Origin: Octopus vulgaris
Lineage: Eukaryota
DNA: 64,000 bases
Assembly: GCA_951406725.2 (NCBI GenBank)
Contig: OX597816.1
Coordinates: 149,978,001-150,042,000 of the forward strand
Direction of reading: 5' to 3'
A program made the translations under genes and the position numbers. Of the stretch, positions 54,079 through 64,000 are shown piece after piece. The notes under the pieces were generated by a model. It was given only the letters and a program-made list of their open reading frames with translations, ran no database searches and was not told where the DNA came from. The stretch's first letter is position 1; every line of letters begins with the position of its first letter.

Positions 54079-55729
54079 TGTACATTATTTACATTTGATG
54101 GCTATTTGTCCTCATCTTGTTTGTTGTTAACAGGTTTCGGCTGATATACCCGCCAGCCTTCATCAGGTGTCTTGGGGAAATTTCAAATCTGGGTTCTCAT
54201 TCCTAAGGTATTTTTCGATATTATTATTATTATTCAGTCACTGCCTGGAATCGAACTCGGAATCTTGGGGTTAGTAGCCCGTGTTCTTAACTACTATGCC
54301 ATATGCCCATGGGCAATTATGGAGTGAATTTTAGGGCTTATAAATCTAATATTTTCCTATCTTTCCTTAATACCGGTTCCTATATGCTATTCATATCTGC
54401 ACTCGGTCTGCTTAGGAGGTTGTTGTGTCCTAGCATATGTGCTGCTTTTAGTTTTCATATTTTCCAGTGGTGTTCTCTGTCTATTATTTTAACATCATCC
54501 CACAAGGGGATGTGGTCTCCATTTTGCCATACATGATCAGGTATACCTGATTTATCAATATCTCCTCGTGTCACAGCTTTGCAATGTTTCTTTACCCTTA
54601 TTTTGAGGGGGTGGCATGTTTTGCCTTTGTATAACCTACCACAGCTGCATGGGATGGAGTACACGCAGTTTTGGTCATATTCTCTTCTATTGGTGGTTTT
54701 ACCCGAAGGAGATATTTTCAAAGTATTGTATTACTCTTGAATACTGTCCTGATGTCATATGGGTTGCATATCTTTTGTATCTTTTTGGAGAAGCCTTTCA
54801 CATTGGATAGACAGACGGTAGACAGTTTATTGGTTTCATCCTCTCTTTTCTTCATAATTGGAGTAGATAGTATGTTTTTGGGGTAGTTGTTGCTTAATAG
54901 ATTGTTACTGAGCTTTATCATTTCTTCATGGTGGGTATCTTGATTGCTACTTATATTCTTTGCTCGATGTTTTAGGCACTGAGCAATTCCTCTCTTTACA
55001 CTGTATGGCTGGTGGGCATTGAAGTTAAGGTATCATCTAGTGAAGGTCAGCTTGCAGTATACAAATGTCCTGAATGGTGCTTTATTAATACGTCCAGGAA
55101 TGCTAGCTGATTGTCTTTTTCTTTTTCCATTGTGAACTGTATGGATGGCTTTATAAGTTCACATGATCTAATAGCACTTGGACATCTTCCTGGTGGAGCC
55201 AGAGAATAAAGGTGTCATCAACATATCGCAGCCATAGGGTTGGTTTTAGTGGTGTTGATCCTAAAGCCAAATTCTCAAAGTATTCCATGTATATATTGGC
55301 TATTATCGGTGATAATGGTGAACCCATAGCTAAACCATCTTTTTGTCGATATATATATCAGTGTCCATACTGAAATAGGTAGTTTCTACACAGAAGGTCA
55401 ACATTTCCATCAAGTTTCTTATTGGTATACTAGTGCGTCCTTTTAGAAGGGTGTCTGTCACTAGATTTTCTTGAATCACCGATAGTGCTTCACCAATTGG
55501 GCTACTAACCCCCAAGACTCCGAGTTTGATTCAAGGCAGTGACCTGAATAATAATGATGATGATGATGATGGTAACAACAACAACATCGAAAAATATCTT
55601 AGGAACAAGAACCCAGGTTTGAAATTTCCCCAAGACACCTGATGAAGGCTGGAGGGTATATCAGCTGAAACGTATTAACAACAAAGAAGATGAGGACAAA
55701 TATCCATCAAACGTAAATAATGTAAATAA
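54079..55729 (-). mobile_element. Penelope-like retroelement, 5'-truncated, with inverted pseudo-LTRs
   Basis: GIY-YIG endonuclease CVYSIPCSCGRLYKG (ORF 54455..54721), RT fragments (55000-55500), and an approximately 200-bp inverted repeat 54080-54280 / 55499-55725. Confidence 0.9.
54125..54172 (-). ncRNA. Hammerhead ribozyme core in Penelope pLTR (probably damaged); inverted copy on + at 55633-55680
   Basis: CTGATGA-a-ggctg(loop)cagcc-GAAA with stem II intact; the stem III / stem I 3' arm does not pair cleanly. Confidence 0.6.
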
Positions 55730-56937
55730 AATGTATTGTGGGATTTGTTCAGGCTTTTAAAATTTTGATTTGGTGTCAACTTTGCCTTTCATCCTAATAG
55801 GGCCAATAAAATAAAGCAGCAGTCAAGAATCGGAGTTGATGATAACAACAGATCCCATTACATTAAAAAAAAAAAACAATTGCTGGTCTTGTGACTAAAT
55901 TAGTCTGGTTTTGTCAGTGCTACATGAATTCTGCTAATTCCATGCAGGACACTTTTTTTAAACAACAGTTAGCTGCCTGCTAAGCCTATTAAAATGATTC
56001 TAAGACACCAAACATTGAAAAAAAAAAAAGAAACATTATTTCCAGTATAATAACTCGAGAAGCAGTTATGAAGTCATCAAGATAGTAATTAAATTTCATC
56101 CTTCAAAACTCTAATGCCATAACTAATTTGAAGCATTAAATAATAATTTCTAGAGCAAAAGAAGAATTATTGAAAACAGTTATGGAATACCTATTTCAGC
56201 TAAACAAATTAATTCATAATTATATTCATATGGAGCTCAACTGGTTACTTTATCAGTGTAAACTAGATGCTACATTAACAGAGAAAAGAATCAATACCTT
56301 ACTTATGATAATGGAATAATGTTTTCCCTTCTTTTTTTTCTTTTCTTTTCAAAAGCTAGCTAATTAAAGTCTATTAACTTCATCTCTCTGCTCGGTGTAT
56401 TTTCTGAAGGAAACTGCTTAGCTGGATTTAGCTGATAGACAAATGGCTTCATCAATACTTTATCCCTCAGTGTAAAGTGGACAGGTAGAATTTACAGCCA
56501 TCCATGTAATATCATGTAGCCATCCAATTCATCTGACTTTATTTTTACTGGTACTCTATTGTTTCTAATGGATAGTCGTCTGGTATCTTTCTACTAAATT
56601 GCCTTCTAATATAACATTAAGAACCTCTATTTGATACCACTTTAATGGCCATCCATCTGTTAGTTTAACTGCAATCGATATGTAATAAATTTCAATAATT
56701 ATTAGCATCTTTAGCTATCATTCTAATGATGATCCACCTAATATATGTTTTAGTACCCCTTCCTAAAGGAATGAAAGCCTAAATAGATAAGGGCAAGATT
56801 TAACACTGACAAACAGATATAATTAAAAGTTCAAGATATTTCTGGACTTCCACTGTCATAGTAATGATAATAATAATAATTATTTATTCATTTATTAACT
56901 GCTGCTGCTGTTAGTGCCCCCCTCCACTACTATATAT

Positions 56938-57180
56938 AGTGGTAAACTGGAAGAAGTGTTAGTGCATTAGAACTCAGAACATAAAGACAGACAAAATGCT
57001 GCTAAGCATTTTGTCTGTCTTTATGTTCTGAGTTCAAATGCTATTGAGGTTAACTTTGTCATTCATCCTTTTGGAGTCAATAAGATGAGTACCAGTTGAA
57101 CACTGGGGTTGATGTAATAGACTAGACCTTGCACCCAGATTTCGGGCTTTGCACCTATAGTAGAAAGGACTATTATTATT
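56938..57180 (+). mobile_element. tRNA-derived SINE containing a perfect 31-bp hairpin
   Basis: Same core as 10178-10392; arms at 56970-57000 and 57005-57035. Confidence 0.75.
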
Positions 57181-57259
57181 ATTATCATTATGCAATATTG
57201 ATATCTTTCTTAATCAACTTCCTTTCTTTCGATCTTTCAGCTACCATCAATCTTATTAC

Positions 57260-57437
57260 CTGTTATCATGGGAAAACACAAATAATGCACTAGCTTTTGG
57301 AATTGGTTTCACTTTGTCGTTCATTTTTACTTCCGACATTCTCTGTGGTCGAGCAGTTGCTGCAGCATCTGATTCATCGTCCTCCCCTGTCGTCTCTTCA
57401 TCTTCAGTTGCATGCTCTTCATCAGGTATTTCTTCTT
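57260..57437 (-). CDS. Cav1: Cav1 exon: acidic distal II-III loop (EEEIPDEEHATEDEETTGEDDESDAAATARPQRMSEVKMNDKVKPIPKASALFVFSHDN-R)
   Basis: 178 nt, ctttcag acceptor, gtaata donor; the ARPxRxSE...PIPxASxxFxFSxxN motif precedes IIIS1 in Cav1 channels. Confidence 0.93.
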
Positions 57438-58572
57438 CTGAAAGACAAGCAAACAGGTTAGAAAAGAATTATTATTTACTTTGGAAAATGACATAGTGGA
57501 GCAGATGCTGGACCTTAAAAATAAAATTCATGTGCTTCAGTGGAAAATACAAGCTTTAATTTATGGCAGGTTTCTTAAAGGCACAAAATTACACAATTAT
57601 GGAAAAAGTGAAATGTGATTGATTATCATTCCTGTCTTTTTCAAAGCCTATAGACAATATAAGGCAAATTAAAATTTTATAATTACAGATTGGAAATGCT
57701 TACCAAAACCTTAAAAGTTACCTGTTTTCTTAACCATTGTAACTTGTTTTTTTTTTAGATCAAAGTGTTAAGAAGTTGAAATACCATAAATTCAAACCTT
57801 ACAGCTGAAATCACTATATAATGCAGCAGGAGAATTGTGCTAAAGTGACAAATATACAGATGAATACATTTTTTAAGTGTTCTACTAACTTGCTTTGCTA
57901 AACCTAAATCCTCTCATGGACATGAAGAAAACAAAGGGAAACCACTCCAGTGTGTTTTGTTAATTTTTTTTAAGACACAGAGCATTTATGTTCTTAGGGA
58001 ATGGTAAATTTTTGCCTCTCACAAGCTCATTAGAAATGTAAATGAAGTTAAGACTGTTCAATAGTTTCAACAGATATGTAATTGATGGTTTTGTTCAAAT
58101 ATCTAGATCCAACTTCCAGATGGCTTGTTTTTTGTAAAAAATAAATAAATAAATAAATACAAAAATGAAATGGCAAAAATTGCCAGAAAACATATAACAC
58201 ATTATTAGCTTTATCAGTTGTATGCTGAAAAGTATGCATATTTTAAGGCAAAATTATTGCAAGCTTTTAATCAACAGATATATCAGTGGTTGTCTTTTAT
58301 AACAAGATACAGCTCCTACAAAGAATGACTTCCTGATCATACATCAAAAAGAAGTGAGGGAAAACATTTATTCACTTTTTGCAGGATCTACCCTGAGTAT
58401 TTATTTTCCCCACAGCATGCCTTTAGTTATTACTTATATTTCACAAGCTTTAAAACTATAACAAGTAAATAATTCAGTAAACGAAACATATGTAATAAGA
58501 AATGAATAAATAAAATGATTTAATAAAGTATATACAGATGATATTTTTATAAGTTTCTCAGTGTTACGTTAC

Positions 58573-58664
58573 CTTGGCTAGGAATCTGTGTGTTTTCTCG
58601 ATATTCTCCAGCAACTTCATCAGAATTTATGTCTATCCGGATATTATGGTCTTCATGGGGTTCC
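58573..58664 (-). CDS. Cav1: Cav1 II-III loop exon (EPHEDHNIRIDINSDEVAGEYRENTQIPSQ)
   Basis: 92 nt, taacag acceptor, CAAG/gtaacg donor, phase 2 to 1, compatible with both flanking exons. Confidence 0.75.
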
Positions 58665-58919
58665 CTGTTATAATACAATAATACAAATAAACAACACTGT
58701 ATGTATGTGTGAAAGCATATGTATGTATTATTATTACTATTGAGTGAGAGAGTAATGCATGCCATCAAAGTGAGACTGAGATACAAAAATATGAAGCTCA
58801 ATATACATATCATGGCTACCTGTCTGATAAGGGTAGACCAGGCACATGCCTGGTATTATTGATTTGACACAGGTTCTGTCTTATTCCTTGTAGGATTTAT
58901 GTAGGTATCGGGTTACTAC

Positions 58920-59200
58920 CTGTAACCTTAGGTATTCATAAGCTTTCAATAGTCTTTCAAGTCTTTAGAACCCTCCTGATAATCTTTCCTGTCTCTAAGA
59001 GGCAAACTTCCTGTAGAAGCTTTACAAGACATTGTATTTCAATCTCTTTCAACCATTTGTCTACATCTTTGCTTACAGTTCCCAATGCACCAATTATTAT
59101 AAGCACAACCTGTACAGTTTTCACACTCCAAATTCTTGTAATTTCAAATTTTAAGGGATTGTATTCTTTTGTTTTTCATCTTGTATGTTGTCTCCAGTTA
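58920..59200 (-). mobile_element. Fragment of a restriction-like-endonuclease non-LTR retrotransposon (R4/Dong/NeSL-like)
   Basis: Minus strand translates to EYNPLKFEITRIWSVKTVQVVLIIIGALGTVSKDVDKWL, the KYxxL..EI.R.W...IIGALG motif. Confidence 0.7.
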
Positions 59201-60118
59201 CTCTCTCTATTTTTGAAGAGCTTTTTTACAACTAGATTCCTTCATTCGTGTTCTTAGCCCCTGGACCATATCCCTGTTCACCGCTGTTAGGGCAAAGATG
59301 GCTACCCATAAGTGCAAGCCGTTTAGTCAGAGTGGCTATTCCAGCACATCTCCCTTACCATCCTCCAGGGCAATGCCTTTTCCGTCAGTCTGAATTACAG
59401 GAAATTGAGAGAATGCCAGAATTTCGTAGTTTACTACTCGTAGTTTGATTTCCTTCTCTCTCTCTCACTTTATTACTGACCAATCTTAATTCATTTATTG
59501 TGATAAATACTGAATTAAAATATATTTCATAAGCTAACAAGATATTAATAATTTCATTTTCCAAAGTAAGCACCTATTTCTTGACATCAGTCCATGAAGG
59601 AGTAAGTGCCATTCCTTCTTTATATAGGAAAACTAATGTGACTGGTGGTCTCTTCAATCTCAAAACCACAAAATATAAATTATAAATATGAAGGAGTGAG
59701 ATTTAATGAAATTAGAATGTTAAGTAAACACATGTTACTGTAATTTTCAATTTTATACATTTCAAGTATTCCTGTTAAATTAACCTTTCAGAGAAATTAA
59801 TCAACTATCTTGTGGCAAGATTGTTTCTCTTGTATGATTTTATGCAATGATTTGTTTCAATATCATCAATATTCTATTAAATTCCATGTATAAGTCAGTC
59901 ATTGGTAGCTATACACTTCAAAAAACTAAATTTGATGCACATTTTATTTATAATAATTATAATACATTTTTTCCAGAACTGCCAAAACTGAATTTACCAT
60001 ATGTTAGTCATTTTTAGAATGAACTAATATTATCTATTTTTGTAATTTTCTGCAGAGAAATTTAATAGTAGTTAATAAAAGAATCTGTATATTTTGGGAA
60101 GTAGAAAATTATACTAAC

Positions 60119-60165
60119 CGAGAATCTGATTTTTCTGCAAGTTCATTACTTTTTTCTCCTTCATT
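60119..60165 (-). CDS. Cav1: Cav1 small II-III loop exon (NEGEKSNELAEKSDS-R)
   Basis: 47 nt, aatttttaatttcag acceptor, gttagt donor; phase 0 to 2, exactly what is needed to join 61704 to 58664. Not in the ORF track. Confidence 0.75.
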
Positions 60166-60639
60166 CTGAAATTAAAAATTGAACATTTTATCAAAGAGAC
60201 AACTAAGTCAACAAATAATTTAAATATCTTATGATTTCAGATTATTGTTCCTTGAATATTTTCTCTAACATAATTCCTCTCAATTCATGCTTTAGAAAAA
60301 TATCCAAACAATATATTCTTCAAACATTGAAATTGAATAATGTGTATTGTCTCATAAGATCTTATCATACATTATGTAAAGTCCTTTCATATATTAGACA
60401 AATGATAAATGGACAAAACTCCAAATACAAACTAATAAATAAAAATAATAAACCAAGTGTTAATGTTCTGCATATACTTTACATGGAAAAACTTCACTCC
60501 AGGACTGAGGTTTCAATTATGAGAGTGTTAATACATTTAGGATTAATGCAATGATGTTACTATATGCTAACATATGCATATCTACACTGAGAGAGAAATA
60601 AAAGCAACCAACAAGGTGAGGAGATGTATACTGATTAAC

Positions 60640-60900
60640 ATTGCAATGCCTTCTTAAAGAAACACCTGCATGTGAAGTTATAGAGAAACTGAGCAAATAC
60701 AAAAACCTGGAAATCAAAATCAATAAGTTACAGAATAAGATGACCGAAATGATATCCATGTTCATTAGAGCACTAGGAATCATGGAAAAGTTCACCAACC
60801 ATATTTCAGAAAACATCAATATTCATTCGGTGCAGAAGATCAGACAACTTAGAACAGCTCACATACTATGGCGAGTGCTGTCTTCAGACCCATAGTTTGG
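60640..60900 (+). mobile_element. Fragment of an RLE non-LTR retrotransposon (R4/Dong-like)
   Basis: ORF 60641: EKLSKYKNLEIKI...IRALG...VQKI..LRTAHILWRVLS. Confidence 0.75.
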
Positions 60901-60907
60901 GCCCAAC

Positions 60908-61640
60908 TAGTAGTAGTAGTAGACATCCATTGATCTCAAGAGGCCATGGATCTGTGTCCAAAGAAATCATGTTGCTGCTGATGGTGGTGCAGCATCTGTT
61001 GTGGCTGTAGAAGCCCACATGGGAGTGGCAGTCACATATTCAGTGACAGCATTTGAAGGAGCTCTCTGCCAGTGCTACTGATTTTCCTTCCATCGAGTGT
61101 GCTTTTCTTTGGTGATGAGTTCCTGTTTTTCTTTCGCTTGCTTCATCCCCTTTTGCAGTATTTGTCTCCAGCGTGGGGGATCATTTGTGACCCTCACCCA
61201 TCAAGTGACTTCATATCTCTCTTGCATATGTCCTTGAAATGAAGATGAGATTGTCCTTGTGCTTTTGTGCCAGTGGCCAATTCCCCATACAAGTCTTTTG
61301 GTATCTTCCTGTCTGGCATGCAATGTACATGACCAAGCCAGTGCAGATGATGCTGCTGGAGCAAGGTGAGTATACTGTGTATCTTGGCATGGTTGAGGAC
61401 TTTGGTGTTGGTGATGAGGTCAGTTAACTTAATATCCAAGATGCATTTCAAATTATGAAGGTGGAAGACATTGAGACACTGCTATCTGGAGTACAGGCTC
61501 CACATCTCACTGCCTTAAAGTAGCATACTATGGACGCATACCTTATAGTCAGCAATCTTGATGTTTGCAGTCACTTTTCTGTTTTCTCAGACTCTCTTGG
61601 TGAGCCTGGCAAATGTGGATCTCAGGGCCCAACTGTATAG
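60908..61640 (-). mobile_element. RTE (BovB-like) LINE 3' fragment with (CTA)n tail
   Basis: ORF 61194: HLHWLGHVHCMPDRKIPKDLYGELATG..QGQSHLHFKD; tagtagtagtag at 60908-60921. Confidence 0.8.
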
Positions 61641-61703
61641 AATATAAAAAAGTAAGTACAAAAGAAGCAACAATAATAATAATGATAGTAATAACATGCT
61701 TAC

Positions 61704-61864
61704 ATTTTCTTCTCCTTCTTTTGCTTCAGGAGATTTACTCTTAGATCTACGTATAGAGCGGCTTCGTTCTTTTTCTTCTTCTTTCTCTTGCTCAATCTCA
61801 GTGAGGGATTGAGCATCTGCCAAGTTGTCCACAGCGATAGCCAAGAAGACATTCAACAGGATAT
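61704..61864 (-). CDS. Cav1: Cav1 exon: end of IIS6 and start of II-III loop ([54 protein letters not shown])
   Basis: 161 nt, ctaag acceptor, gtaagc donor, phase 1 to 0. Confidence 0.94.
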
Positions 61865-63279
61865 CTTAGATAGTAGTCAAGGACACTTAACATTTAATAA
61901 AGTTTTTTTGCACAACAAAACACAAAATAATGGAAAAAAAAGTAAGCTTTTTTCTAATTAGAATGCATCTTATTTAATGGGTGTACTAACTAAAGTAGCA
62001 GCAACAGGTAGCTATTCTAGATGAGCCCATGATGTTAAAAAGAATTAAAAAATTTTCTGCCAATAAACTTATTTGGACAAGATGGTGTTGGGTGTCAGCA
62101 CAAAACTATGTCAGTAAAGTTTGCTAAGTTTACTTGTTTAGGGTAGCCATAAAACTATGTTCAGCACTTCTCACAAGTAAGGGTGTAGATGATTAGAGCT
62201 TTAGATGAGGGAAAATAGTAGCACAGTTAATGATAAGAGTAATATTGACATTGGTAGTGTTCACAGATACATCATATTGAAAACTGAAATATTAAACCAT
62301 ATCCGAATGAAAATATTTATGCTAACAATCTTCATTGTAATGATTCTAATGTAAGCATATCTTTATACATATAATCAAAACTGTCAGCCCTTCCCCTCAC
62401 CATCTATCACATCCTTTCTAGGATCACCAAGGAACCTCTGCAAATGTTATAGCTTCAGTATATCATTAAGCACAGCATCTAAATCAGTCCATGTGCAGAG
62501 GATGTTTGCAAAAATATGCCATGCAATGGCGGTGGCACATTGTAATCTTTTTCTGGATATGTTAAACTCTTCTTGAAGTACATCATCCTCAAAAAGAAAG
62601 ATGAAGGTGATTCCATTCAGATCACATGGTTTATCTTAGAAAGAGCTACTCTGTTCAGTTATAAGTCAAAACAGTGCAATAGAAATAATATGAGAAATAA
62701 TATATCATTAAGTACCCTACACCAAAAATGAGCAGAAAGAGTGACCTAATTTCAGTTTCTGGGAAAGCACAGGTGATGTCACACAACAGTCTTGGCTTCT
62801 GCTTGAATAATGTGATAGAGATCAATGTGTCCAAATTCCTGGATATGAGCATGAAACTGGAGGGAAGTAACTACATTAAGTATATGTATAAGTGTCTGTG
62901 TTTTAGTTTAGTAATGTAAAAATGGAGTTACGTCAAAAAATGTCACTTAGTAATTTGATGAAATAGGAATTGATAAAATATAGATTGATAAAATCCAAAT
63001 GTATAAAGTACATAACAAAAATATATACTGGGATTAATTTGATTGAATAAATTCCTAAAAGGCAGTGACCCAGTATACTCATGGTCTGATAAATGAAATC
63101 AATAACAGAATATACTACAAAATAAAAAAAAAAAACTATACATGTATATGCATGCGTGTGTGTGTGTGTGTATGTATACACATACACAAATACATACATA
63201 TGTAATATATTTTAGGAAAGAAACCAAATGGTAATTTGGTTCTTATCTTCTTTTCCGTTTCCAAAAGAAAAAAGGATAC
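61865..63279 (-). other. U12-type (minor spliceosome) GT-AG intron
   Basis: 5' splice site GTATCCTTT (63279-63271); branch site TCCTTGAC (61883-61876) about 10 nt before the AG; no polypyrimidine tract. Confidence 0.9.
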
Positions 63280-63400
63280 AGTTACCACATATAAACAGAA
63301 TAACAAAATATAGACAGACAAGAACTCCCACATTGCGGACACCTCCATATGCTTTGATACCATTGTACATCACTTCATTCCAATCCTCACCAGTCAAGAT
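63280..63400 (-). CDS. Cav1: Cav1 exon: domain II P-loop and IIS6 ([40 protein letters not shown])
   Basis: 121 nt, ttcag acceptor, GTATCCTTT donor, phase 0 to 1; contains the selectivity-filter Glu (TGEDW). Confidence 0.96.
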
Positions 63401-64000
63401 CTGAATAGATACAAAATGCCAATATTTATACATGTTTACATAATCTGAAAGATGTATATATCAGTATATGGAGTGAGTTTTACTGGTTTATAAAGATCAA
63501 TTATGAAATCAGTTCTTTAATTTGTATTACATCAAAATATATATTTTTGAATGGAGGAAGTAGTATGTTAATCTGTTTATCAGTTGCTTCATTTAATCCA
63601 AACTCTGAGATTGTAATATATACCAGTATAGATTAATAATCCATTCTATACACAACCCAACGCTATACACTTCCTTTTCAAGTACGTATTAAGTACTCTT
63701 ATTTTTCCAAAGAAAAGCATAAAATTATTTTTATATATCTATATCTGTATATATTTTTATATATCTATATCTGTATATACAAACAGATATGCCCACACTT
63801 TGAAACCTACTCTTATAAACTCTTGCCTTATTATTAAGGTGTTTAAAATGTATGATACACTATATAGGATGTGCATGAATATACATAAATATATATATAT
63901 TTGAATATATGGTATATATACATATAGTTCTTTCCAATGCACAAAGTGACTAATATGAAATTAGAATAGTTATGTTGTAGTGTTAGAGTAATCATCACTT

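Overview
AT-rich, repeat-dense eukaryotic genomic DNA, most likely from an octopus/cephalopod (inferred from the style of its SINE, RTE and Penelope repeats). The whole window lies inside one minus-strand gene, the L-type voltage-gated calcium channel alpha-1 subunit (Cav1, the invertebrate orthologue of CACNA1C/D/F/S). I could map 16 in-phase coding exons running from the domain II pore loop (63400) to IVS3 (525); both ends of the gene lie outside the window. The best novel candidate is a 6-nt microexon (45608-45613) hidden in the 33-kb IIIS3-IIIS4 intron, which restores the usual length of the voltage-sensor linker. Other highlights are a GT-AG U12 (minor spliceosome) intron, a Penelope element with inverted terminal repeats carrying hammerhead cores and a tRNA-like Pol III module, a piggyBac derivative nested in an RTE LINE, a perfect 31-bp hairpin near an exon, two maT/Tc1-mariner relics, a hAT MITE, Helentron-like elements and many SINEs. 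There are no prokaryotic-type systems or CRISPR arrays. Repeat boundaries are approximate unless TIRs or TSDs are quoted.
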